From the NCBI GenBank assembly GCA_044892525.1, contig CM097885.1, forward strand, positions 3,412,001 through 3,476,000: a stretch of DNA of 64,000 bases, read 5' to 3'. The position numbers and the translations under genes were made by a program. The notes beneath the pieces are model-generated. The model did not search any database. It was given only the letters and a program-made list of their open reading frames with translations, and had not been told where the DNA came from. Positions 1 through 10,809 of the stretch are shown here, piece after piece. The DNA comes from Schmidtea polychroa (lineage: Eukaryota). Each line of letters starts with the position of its first letter. Within the stretch, counting starts at the first letter, position 1.

Positions 1-568
1 TGACTAAAAAATTAATAACTTTTGTACCACTGATGATAAAAATTATTTCTATGGCTTAAAAGATAGATTTTCGACTGGCCTTCAAAATAATGTATAAATA
101 TTTAAATAATTTTGAAAACTCAAAAGGTTCTGGGAAGTCAAAAGGTAGGTCACCGCTAGATCACTTAATAATAATATGACCTTGAAAATAATAATATTTT
201 GAAAAATAATAATAATTTTAACCAAATTAGTGTCTGACTAAAAAATTAATAACTTTTGTACCACTGATGATAAAAATTATTTCTATGGCTTAAAAGATAG
301 ATTTTCGTCTGGCCTTCAAAATGATGTATAAATATTTAAATAATTTTGAAAACTCAAAAAGTTCTGGGAAGTCAAAAGGTAGGTCACCGCTAGATCACGA
401 TAATTAAAACAAAAAAAAAAAGTTCTTTGTTTCAATGACCTTGATGAGTCATTGTCTTTGTTAAAAATTTGACCTTGAAAAAAAAATCTTAAAAAAATTT
501 TTCCTGCCGGGGGGGGGGGGTAGGTGATCTAGCGGTGACCTGATCTAGCGGTGACCAATCCATCTACT
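1..568. mobile_element. Right terminus (TIR) of a Polinton extending left of the window
   Basis: Ends ...CCAATCCATCTACT (revcomp AGTAGATGGATTGG, same as the left end at 35502). G-run, TGACCTTGA and TGAGTCA motifs, ~237-bp tandem duplication. Abuts pPolB coding sequence. Confidence 0.75.
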
Positions 569-1449
569 CCTGTTCGAGATCATGATCATTTTACCGGTCA
601 ATATCTCGGAGCAGCATGTCAAGATTGTAATTTGGCTAGAAGAATTAATCCGTCTTTACCTGTTGTATTTCACAATCTTCGTGGATATGACATTCATCAT
701 ATATTAAAATATGCAATTGGAAAATTCCCAGATTGGAATTTAAATGTTATTCCACAATCAACAGAAAAGTTTCTCACACTTACAGCAACATCGAAAGGCA
801 GAAGAATTAGATTCATTGATTCTTTACAATTTTTAAATAGCAGCTTGGCAAATTTATCAAAAAATTTACCATGTCTTCGACTGACCTCAGATGTTTTCGA
901 ATCACAGATGATGACTTGTAAAACCATTTTTCCTTATGATATGGCTACATCAATGGATGTTTTACAGTCAATAACAGAATTACCTGCAATTTGGGAGGGA
1001 GTTAGTCAAGAAGATTATATACATGCAAATCGAATCTGGCAACAATACAACTGTGAGACATTGCTAGATTACATGCTAGTATATCTCAAGCTGGATGTTT
1101 TTCTGTTGGCCGATGTTTTTGAAGCTTTCAGAGAAAAAACATTTGACGAAGATGGACTTGAGGCTCTATCGTTTGTTTCCATACCCGGATTAAGTTGGGC
1201 ATCAGCTATTAAACAGTTACCTGAACCGATAGAACTTATTCAAGATCCAGAGCTTTACCGTTTATTTGAAGCTGGTATTCGTGGTGGAATGACATTTATC
1301 AACAAACATCATGTTGAAGCTGATGTATCAACACAAATGTCATACCTAGATGTTAATAATTTATATGGATGGGCTCTGTCGCAAAAACTTCCTGTTGGTG
1401 AATTTAGATGGATAAATGATCAGACTGAAATGAATGGTATTATTAAAAG
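569..1449 (+). pseudogene. Polinton protein-primed DNA polymerase B fragment, cut on both sides by Polinton ends
   Basis: DHDH..CxxC, FHNLRGYD, FIDSLQF, Y..LDV.LLAD, IRGG and YLDVNNLYG motifs. Similarity to the paralogue at 54258 stops at 1450. Confidence 0.9.
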
Positions 1450-1957
1450 AGTAGATGGAAGGGAGCCCGCTGGACCACATATACCCCCCCCCCGGGAAAA
1501 TTTTTTTTTAAAAATAAAAGGTCAAGGTCAATTTTTTAATAAAAGGTCAAGGTCATTTTTTTTTGTTTTATTAATTGGTCCAGCGGGCTCACACTTTTTT
1601 TCATCTTAAAAATTATCGTTCCCACCAAGAGATTTTATTGGACGATAGCTCATTGTAAAGCCCAGTGCAAGATCTATCTACTGATGTATAAAGATTATCA
1701 TCATCATTAATATTGACAAAGGTATTAACAAATGATGACCACCTTATTTTCATAGTTTGAATATGATTATTATTCAAAATATTATATGTGGTTCAGCGGC
1801 CACCTGGTTTTCGTTTGCCCAAAAGTTATCGTTCCAATCATTTTATTTCCTCGATCGATAGCTCATTGTGAAGCCCAGTGCAAGATCTATCTACTGATGT
1901 ATAAAGATTATCATCAGCATTAATATTGACAAAGTTATTAACGTTTTCCCGAGACCA

Positions 1958-2680
1958 TTTTCAAGGTCATATTATTATTTTTTCAAAATATTATTTTCAA
2001 GGTCATTTACTTTTTCAAGGTTATTTATTTTTTCAAGGTCATTCATTTTTTCAAGGTTATTTATTTTTTCAAGGTCATATTTTAAAATTATTCAGCGATA
2101 GCTCATTTTAAAGCCCGATCCAAAACCTTTCGAATGAGCTATAGAAGGTATCATCACCAATATTATTGGCAAAGTTATTAACATTTTACCAAAAATCATT
2201 TTCAAGGTCATATAATTATTAAGTGGTCTGGCGGGCTCCTGGTTTTCGTTTGCCCAAAGGTTATCGTTCCTATCATTTTCTTTCATCGATCGATAGCTTA
2301 ATTTAAAGCGTATTGCAAGACCTTTCGAATGAGCTATTGAAGGTATCATCATCATTATTATTGTCAAAGTTATTAACGTTTTCCCAAGACCATTTTCAAG
2401 GTCATTTATTATTTTCAAGGTCATTTATTTTTACAAGGTCATTTATTTTTTCAAGGTCATTTTTTTTCAAGGTCATTTATTCTTTCAAGGTCATTTATTT
2501 TTTCAAGGTCATTTATTTTTTCAATGTCATTTATTATTTTCAAGGTCATTTTTTTTTCAATATCATTTATTTTTTCAAGGTCATATTTTAAAATATGCAG
2601 AGTTCCCGACGAGAATTATTCAACGATAGCTCATTTTAAAGCCCAATCCAAGACCTTTCGAATGAGCCATATATTATTAA

Positions 2681-2724
<44 letters not shown>

Positions 2725-2916
2725 ACATTATTATTAATATTATTATTATTATTATTATTAATATTAATATATATACTTCTAGTCTATCCGACAAAATATT
2801 CTATCCCCCTATGGGTACTGCTCACGCTCAACAACTCGCAAGGGTATTATTAAACAAAACATACATTTATTTAAACAATAAAATAATTTAACAAAGGTTA
2901 TATTAATACAAAGTCA

Positions 2917-2994
<78 letters not shown>

Positions 2995-3200
2995 TTTATT
3001 ATTATTATTATTATTTTCAAGGTCATATTATTATTTTTCAAAACATTATTATTTTCAAGGTCATATTATTATTTTTCAAATATTATTATTCTCAAGGTCA
3101 TATTATTATTTTCAAGGTCATTTATTTTTCAAGGTCATTTATTTTTTCAAGGTCATTTTTTTTTTCAATGTCATTTATTTTTTCAAGGTCATATTTTAAA
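1958..3200 (+). repeat. Array of TTTTCAAGGTCA motifs plus (ATT)n tracts in the Polinton B terminal region
   Basis: Dozens of TCAAGGTCA copies, mostly at 18-22 bp spacing. Confidence 0.85.
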
Positions 3201-3336
3201 ATATACAGAGTTCCCGACGAGAATTATTCAACGATAGCTCATTTTAAAGACCAATCCAAGACCTTTCGAATGAGCCATATATTATTAACATTATTATTAT
3301 TATTATTATTATTATTCTTATTATTATTATTATTAA

Positions 3337-3371
<35 letters not shown>

Positions 3372-5621
3372 TTATTATTATTAATCTATATACTCCGAGT
3401 TTATCCGACAGGATGTTTTGACCCCCTAAGGGTATTGCTAGCAAGGGTACTGCTCACACTCAACAAGTCACATGGGTACTGGTCACACTCAACAAGTCAC
3501 AGGGTACTGTTCACAAAGTTACTGGTAAAAATATTCAAGACAAAACTTTAACAAAGTAATTATTCTTTAAATATACACTAAAATTTATTAACGCATTCAC
3601 ATTCATCATCTCCACAGTTCATGACATTTTCAACAACATGATCTATACAATCCCTATATACACACGGTTCAGTATCCGTAAATTCCTCCATAGGTTCATC
3701 AATTTCTTGAATGCTTTCCTCATCATCTTGAGTGTTTTCTTCATCTGTTTCATCAAATCCCGAATCTTCACTCTCTGCTACCCAGTCTATATTTAATGCG
3801 TTTGTAACAGATAATATATCCTCCATTTTTACACCAGATATTTCTGCTAATTTTTCCAATAAAATGTTTATTATAAATTCTAAATAATAAATAATTTGGA
3901 AATTAATTAATCATGTTAACCTTTTTCTGTAGTCATTAATAACACTTTAAAACTATATTATAAGTTTGTTTATAGATTTTCTTTGTTAAATTTGCATGTC
4001 ATTTGCATTAATGTTGCAATTAATAAAGAGAAAAAACAAATATGACTAATACATTTATTAAATATAACATTAAAATAGTTGTGAAAGTCTAGCAGACATA
4101 ATTTTCCAAATTGGAGAATACACATCATTATTATCAACTTTATATCAGTAGTGTGTATATATACCCAACCAACACAACCCTCCCAACAAAAACATACCTC
4201 TATTACGCTTAAACCATTAGAAAAACAACCTAAAACCTATTCTTTTATAGTATTTTAACCCCATATTTTAAACAACAACCACCCTTAATATTTAAAGCCT
4301 CAAACTCAAAAGCTTCAAACTAAAAAGAGAATAGAAAAGAAAATGGCATTATGAAAAAGTTAGAGGGCTATTTGGGATAGGGCTATATACACACTACTTT
4401 TGATCGCAATCAAACTCCGGAGTTGATCTTTATCAGATTATTGATTTTAAATTATATAAATTAAAAAATAAATGAAAAATAGTAAAACTGCTCTGAGGGG
4501 ACAGTGGTATTTTTTTTTTTTTCACTGTCCCCTCAACAGTTTTTTTGATCCGGATCATTTCAACCTCTTTCGTTTATCAAATCTCTTCTAATATACAAGC
4601 TGGCCAGACTCATACATCAGAATCAATCCGATAATAGCAGCACACCTTATTATTCGCTTCTCGCTCACGAAGTCGATTTCATCAGTGTTTTAAGCGTGCT
4701 GCTCGAAAGTACAAATGAATTCGAAAGTGAATTCGAAAGAGGTCCGAAAACAACTGAGAAATAAATGTGCACATTATGGAATCGATCCGGGGGTGTTCGA
4801 AAGACAGGTGGCGATAATTACCGGTTCGCCACCATCACCCGTTTCAATAATTTTTTTTTCATATTTATGTTTAAAAATAAAATAATTAATAAAATAAAAT
4901 AAATAAAATAAATAAAATAAATAAAATAAATAAAATAAATAAAATAAATAAAATAAATAAAATAAAATAAAAATAAATAAAATATACAACTACTTTATAA
5001 ATCTAAGATACCCACACCATTTTCAATATTATTTTCAAATTTTTAATATTATTTTATGTTGAAAAAAAAACTAACCACAGTTAGGATTTGAACCACCATC
5101 CATTTGAACCACTGTGCCAGTCTAGCCCACTGCGCTATCTAGGTTTGGATTTTTGTTATTTTTTGACTATAAATAATCGATTCAAGTTCTTTAACTCTTT
5201 CCTGTAATTGTTTCATTTTCTTCAATCTTATATCAGCAACATCTACAGCCTTCATATAAAAATGTCGATACTTTTCATTATCTACCATCAACTCTTTGAT
5301 GTATTCTAATGGTTCTTCTTCTCTTCTTTTCATTCTCTTATGTTTAACTTCATTCAATTCATTTCTCATTCTTTCTTTTAACTCATCCATTTTTATAAAT
5401 ATTTTTTTTATTGGATATATTAATTTTTGGTAGCTTAAGTTAAAACGTTTTTGATCTTAAATTTCCAAGAGTTGCCGTTGACCAATCACCTTAAAAATTT
5501 GTACAAGTACTAAATCGAGTATGCTGATCAATATTTCGTTAAAAAAAAATTTGAAAAAAAATGACCGAAATGGAATTTGAACCCATTGGTATTGGCAATG
5601 CAGTCGAGTGCTATTACCACT
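2674..5621 (+). repeat. Copy 1 of ~2.95 kb direct duplication flanking the LINE (includes a duplicate of the Polinton A left TIR starting at 4147)
   Basis: Near-identical to 13066-16038; identity ends at ...TATTACCACT (5621/16038). Confidence 0.95.
3578..3936 (-). CDS. Small acidic Cys-rich Polinton B protein, predicted two exons (intron 3880-3920); duplicate at ~14020-14378
   Basis: ATG at 3936 and a 41-bp GT..AG phase-1 intron join MTTEK-E-FIINILLEK in frame to the ORF. Confidence 0.55.
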
Positions 5622-6201
5622 CAAAATTTTATTAATTATAACAAGTTTTTTTTACAGAAAAAGAAGATGCTCAACATGGAGCATGCAATTCCTACTGCAA
5701 TCACATCAAAGAAGGATGGAAACAAAAGTATTGTCAAAAGTATTTGTCCATCAGTCTTTTGTTGTAATTGGCGTCTTCGGAATTTTCTTTGGCAGTAACT
5801 GATTTGTCATCAATGCATCGGATAATTTTTTCCGGCTTTGCAAATTTGATCTTGCAGTTGATATCACATTCAAATTGAAATTTTTATTCATTCAGGTCAT
5901 TTGATTAGGAAAACATAGTCATTTTCATTGAATGGGACATTGATGAATACAGGAAACATGCATCATTTTTGAAGGGATTATCCTGGCCTATGGGAAATTT
6001 TTACATTTCCTAGATTATATAAACAAATGACTTTTACAATGTGTAAAAGCCAGGTTAACTATATGCTATTTATATACATCGAAAAATAAAATACATTTAA
6101 ATTACTGCATTCATTCCAATAAAAATAGATAAATAAAAATTCTTCTGACAACAATGCTGATATTATAATTCCAAATTTTAATTATATTACGATGATTTTG
6201 A

Positions 6202-9200
6202 TTAATTGCAGAAGTCTGGTAGAATGCCATGCACATGATGATACCATATTTTGGCAGAGTGCTGGATATTGCTTAGAGCACATTCTTTTAGCAGACCTTC
6301 TGTTTGAATTTGGTCAATTCCAAGTTTATTACAAACATCATAAGTTGAAGAAGGAACTGAACCTAACGCACCAATAATGCAAGTCAGAAGCTCTACTTTA
6401 TAATCAGGTTTAGCAGCTTGTATTTCTTTCTGAAGTGAGCTATATTTTTCAATATTTGCCTTATCAGTCAGATCAAAGTGGGATAACGAGTCAATCGGAC
6501 ATTTTATATCAATCATGAAGATCCTTTTTCTCTCTGTGTCCGTAATAAGTAAATCAACACGCTCTTTGGAGTTAAGGACAAGAGAACAGGAATGATCAAT
6601 AACTACGATAAGATCTGGACTTTTTAGATGATTAGTTATTATTTTTATGCAATCGTTGTGTCTATTTAATGCAAGTGCTTGGTGAACTTTGCATGATTGA
6701 ATGGCATGAGACATGGTTTCATCTTCTTTCAGACAGCGCCTGCAAAGTCTAGCTTCTGCTTTTCTATTAGGCTTTGCATTAATATTCAGAGTATTCGTTC
6801 GCGCTCGATGAATAAAATTCCATGCGAATTCTGAAAGGCTGCTTTTAAAGATGGCTTTATTAATATCAGGTGATAATTTGATAGCTGCTGCAATCATATC
6901 ACTTTTATTACTTTGTTCCCACTTTTGAAAGTAAGAGTCATGCAATGTAGAGTGCAAGATATTTGAAATTGATTTACGAAACTTTGTTGTTAGGATTATC
7001 GTTCCGTGAAGTTTTGTTGTGATATATAGACAAACTTGGCCTTTGATGACTTGAAAAGAAATACTAATTGAATGTTCTCTTTCAAAAAAGATTATGGATG
7101 TTCGTACTCTTTGAAATCGTGTTTTCTTTCCACCGTGGTTAGTTTTAGATTCGGCTCCATTTAACCAGTTGAAACTTTCTTCAAGTGTCGGATCTTTCAA
7201 TCCAAGTCTAGGACCTGTTACAAATTTGAGAGAGTTGATATTGATTGTACGAGAATAATCACAATAAGAAGTAAAGAGTCGGAAAAAGTGCACGATTGTT
7301 TGAGTATGGTATTCGTCAAGTAGATCGACACATGAAGCTCCTCCATTTTTTGTTGAATTGTACAAATAAACGGTCTCAGAATTGTGTGGTAAATTCAAAA
7401 TCCTTCTCAGAATGCCACGTAATTTACTTGTATTATTTCCGGTGAGGTTAGAATTTTCTTTAGGAGCTGATAGAGCGCTCGTTTTTATTTCACGTGTTCG
7501 GAAAGGAAATGTCAATCTTGAATGGATAAAGATTTTGTAAGCTTTCAGTTTTTGCCAACCATATAATGTGGAATTCGCAATCTTGTTTGAATCACTGATA
7601 ACGTTTTCAAGGATCTCATAAGGGCTTTGGTCATTATCTTCACCCACTGGAACACCAAGATATTGGTAGAATTCTTTTGACAATAGTTTCTTGATCTCCT
7701 TTCCATTGATCAAGATTTCTCCATTTATGTTGACTCTCGGCAGTTGCATGTAGCCACACTTGTCAGGTCGGTACTCAAATCCTATATCAGCAGCAGTTTC
7801 AACAGCAATATCAACGATTTTTTGAAGATCATCGACATTTTTCGCAACAAGTGCAATGTCATCAGCATATGCTAAGACTTGAACGGATGAATCACCAATC
7901 ATGAATGGTTCAATACGTGATTTAGTTATTGCTTCAAGAACAGGATTTATGGCTAATGAGAAAAGAATCATTGAAAGAGGACATCCTTGCTTAACGCCCT
8001 TTTTGATTGGAAGATTAGGTGTCAATATTGGGCCACAACTGTAGAAAGAGCAAGTATCGGTATAGAGTAATTTGATAATCGATGTAAAGTCTTCACTGAC
8101 TCCAACAGTTTTCAGAACATTCCACATGTAATCATGAGGTACACTTCCAAATGCATCCTTGATATCCAACCAAGCAATCGCTAAAGGAGAATTCTTGCAA
8201 TATTTAGAATGTTCAAGTGCAGAAGAAAGTATTGAGTTATGCTCGACACAGCCTTCATGAATTGAACCCCCCTTTTGTCCCACGTGAAGAATATCGTTGC
8301 CAATTACCCATGATGTTAGACGTCTGGTCAAAATTGATGCAAAAACTTTATAGATAACTGACAATAAAGCTATTGGACGCCAAGATGATACTTTGTCATA
8401 ATTATCTATCTTGTCAGGTTTCGGAATTAATATAGTTTTGAAAGTTTTCCAACTAGTTGGGATAATTTTACTAGTGATGATTTTATTAAACAAGAAACTC
8501 AACAAGATACCTTCAGGGTCAAGAAGAACAAGATCTTTGTATTGAATACCATCAATACCTGGCGAAGTGTTGTCAGCTTGTTTAAGTTCATAAAGAACTT
8601 CAAAAGGTATAATTGGCTCAAGTTCAAGTAGTTTTGTCGTACTTTTACACATTTGGATAATTTTATCAAATGATTTCATTGATGGGTCTTCATGACTGAA
8701 ATGTTTCAAAATGTCTCTAATTTCAGGTCTGACAGTGACTGAGGTATCATTTATAATTTTATAAATAGTTAATTTCATGTTAACGAGAAATTCCGATCTT
8801 ATTTTATATTTATTAATTTTATCTGATTTTTGTTTACTCCCTAGGTAAGGTTCATGGGATGTAGTTTTAGTAAAATTATTTAATCGAGGAATTTGCTGAA
8901 TAATGATTTCAGTGATAATATTAACATCAGAATTTTTTAAAATTGTTAATAATTCAGAAATTTTAATTTTACGCTCTTCTAAATTGAGTTTAATTTTTTC
9001 TTTGGCTTTAAATTTATTCAGAATTTTCTCTTTATCTTTATTGTCAATCTCAGAAACAATTGGAAGGAGTGAATTAATAATTATTCCTATTTCTCTCAAA
9101 TTTATGTTCTCAAGAGACACATCGTGTGCATAGTTATTTATAAAAGCACATGTTAGAATTCTATTGAGCAAACCTGACCCACGAACATCGTGTGGGCAAG

Positions 9201-10803
9201 TGCCTACTTTCATTGCACGACCAGATGAGTTTTTTAATTCATTTATTTTTTTAACTAGACAAGAACCTATATATAAATAGTTTACACTGATATCTGGGGT
9301 ATTCGGATCCAAGAAATAATGCTCGTCAGTGTTATAATCAATTACGAGTAATGTTTCCCGAGACTTTGGGGGAGCAAAAATAGCAAATACAACCCCTGCG
9401 TTTTGAAGGCATTCATAATTTAAATGTTCATTCAAATAATGAGTACAATCATCAAGAATTGCACTACACATTGTTATTCCCAAAAGAATAAAGTCCGAAG
9501 ATAAACCTAAATTACTAAAGTATTTTGTTAAAATCTTGTCGGTTATTTTTCCATTTAATAAATTTAAGTTTAGAGAAATTTCAGTGCATTCTTTAGTTTT
9601 GATTTCATTAAGAAGTTTATATATTTTATCATGAGGAAAGTCACGATCTAAAATTAGCTTCTCTAAAAAAACAATAAAAGCACAAGCATGGAAAGTTGGA
9701 TCATCTGAAATGAAAGAACGGTGAGAAAAGCCATGATCATTTTGAAATTTTATTTTCATATTTAGAAAAAAACTGTTTAGGTAATCTGTTACATTTTCTC
9801 CTATTTTGGTTAGTCGATCAGAAATAACGGTGCTTCTAAAGTCGAGAATAGTACTAGTCATAAGTCTAGTAGAATAAAAGTATAAACACCAATAGTTTTC
9901 ATTCGGAATGACACTAATGACGTGATGTATATCCTTGAATTGTTTAAAATTGACATTTTCAATGATGTACCGATTATTTTGCGCAATTAAATTATTTGTT
10001 AAATCAGGGGAAAGCACAAGTATATTAGAAGTGCTTTTAAACCATTTAGTAATTAAAGATGTTACACACGATTTCTGAAATTGTGGTGTAACTTGAATTT
10101 TATTAACCTTATTTCTCTTTTGCTTTTCATGTTGCAATGCCTTTTTAAAATTAATCCCAATCAAGTTATTTTTAGGAAAGCCCCCACCAATAGTTTTGGG
10201 TATTTTATTAGAACTCGTGGTTTTGAATTCATGTACTTCTCGTCTAATTTCCTCAATCAAATTAGCTGAAAAGCTCTCGATATTTTTACTAATGAGAAGT
10301 GCATAGGCACAAATGAAAGGACCGCAATCAAAATTGTTTTCCTGATATCTAAGATCTTTGAAAGGATGACAAGATGGAGCTACTTGTAAATTGAAGGCCT
10401 TATTTAGAGCAATGTTGATCTTAAGTGTTGCTTGTTTATTTGTAAATAGGTTCCTATTTTCAAAAATTGGATCAATAAAATATGATTCCAGCAATGATTT
10501 ACTGTATACAAATAAAATCCAATGAACATTGTTAATATTTAAGGGGCAAAAGACAACATCAGCTTGAGACACATGTTCAGGAATTGAGATTATATTTTCC
10601 TGAATATCTGAGCACAAAATGTTAACAATGAAACACTGTAAATGTGCAAACGTCGGATTACGGATGTGTCGTTCGAGGTATTGATCAATGTCGTCGTCAG
10701 TAAACCAGACTTTTGGATCACGAAGTTTAACATATTTTAATTTAGTGCATTCTGCATCAGTCTCTTCAGAGATTGGGGCAGATATCGAGACTGATGCAGG
10801 CAC
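6202..10803 (-). CDS. LINE polyprotein: Ulp1/C48-like protease domain(s), reverse transcriptase, CCHC zinc knuckle, restriction-like endonuclease
   Basis: HW..D..Q...DCG; WRPIALL, LDIKDAFGSV, GVKQGCPLS, LAYADD, YLGV; CRRC..ETMSH..C; RVDL...IDIK. Confidence 0.95.
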   Translation of the reverse strand: MPASVSISAPISEETDAECTKLKYVKLRDPKVWFTDDDIDQYLERHIRNPTFAHLQCFIVNILCSDIQENIISIPEHVSQADVVFCPLNINNVHWILFVYSKSLLESYFIDPIFENRNLFTNKQATLKINIALNKAFNLQVAPSCHPFKDLRYQENNFDCGPFICAYALLISKNIESFSANLIEEIRREVHEFKTTSSNKIPKTIGGGFPKNNLIGINFKKALQHEKQKRNKVNKIQVTPQFQKSCVTSLITKWFKSTSNILVLSPDLTNNLIAQNNRYIIENVNFKQFKDIHHVISVIPNENYWCLYFYSTRLMTSTILDFRSTVISDRLTKIGENVTDYLNSFFLNMKIKFQNDHGFSHRSFISDDPTFHACAFIVFLEKLILDRDFPHDKIYKLLNEIKTKECTEISLNLNLLNGKITDKILTKYFSNLGLSSDFILLGITMCSAILDDCTHYLNEHLNYECLQNAGVVFAIFAPPKSRETLLVIDYNTDEHYFLDPNTPDISVNYLYIGSCLVKKINELKNSSGRAMKVGTCPHDVRGSGLLNRILTCAFINNYAHDVSLENINLREIGIIINSLLPIVSEIDNKDKEKILNKFKAKEKIKLNLEERKIKISELLTILKNSDVNIITEIIIQQIPRLNNFTKTTSHEPYLGSKQKSDKINKYKIRSEFLVNMKLTIYKIINDTSVTVRPEIRDILKHFSHEDPSMKSFDKIIQMCKSTTKLLELEPIIPFEVLYELKQADNTSPGIDGIQYKDLVLLDPEGILLSFLFNKIITSKIIPTSWKTFKTILIPKPDKIDNYDKVSSWRPIALLSVIYKVFASILTRRLTSWVIGNDILHVGQKGGSIHEGCVEHNSILSSALEHSKYCKNSPLAIAWLDIKDAFGSVPHDYMWNVLKTVGVSEDFTSIIKLLYTDTCSFYSCGPILTPNLPIKKGVKQGCPLSMILFSLAINPVLEAITKSRIEPFMIGDSSVQVLAYADDIALVAKNVDDLQKIVDIAVETAADIGFEYRPDKCGYMQLPRVNINGEILINGKEIKKLLSKEFYQYLGVPVGEDNDQSPYEILENVISDSNKIANSTLYGWQKLKAYKIFIHSRLTFPFRTREIKTSALSAPKENSNLTGNNTSKLRGILRRILNLPHNSETVYLYNSTKNGGASCVDLLDEYHTQTIVHFFRLFTSYCDYSRTININSLKFVTGPRLGLKDPTLEESFNWLNGAESKTNHGGKKTRFQRVRTSIIFFEREHSISISFQVIKGQVCLYITTKLHGTIILTTKFRKSISNILHSTLHDSYFQKWEQSNKSDMIAAAIKLSPDINKAIFKSSLSEFAWNFIHRARTNTLNINAKPNRKAEARLCRRCLKEDETMSHAIQSCKVHQALALNRHNDCIKIITNHLKSPDLIVVIDHSCSLVLNSKERVDLLITDTERKRIFMIDIKCPIDSLSHFDLTDKANIEKYSSLQKEIQAAKPDYKVELLTCIIGALGSVPSSTYDVCNKLGIDQIQTEGLLKECALSNIQHSAKIWYHHVHGILPDFCN

Positions 10804-10809
10804 ATGCCT

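Noticed and set aside
1926..3551. ORFs with poly-Leu/Ile and FQGH repeats (also 13610-13993, 36088-37249, 44070-46878, 49547-49828)
   Set aside because: Translations of TCAAGGTCA, (ATT)n and (TA)n repeats.
4774..4989. FYL-repeat ORFs (also 15218-15406, 28791-29054)
   Set aside because: Products of an (AATAA/AAAT)n tract in the TIR overlapping a tRNA-like cassette.
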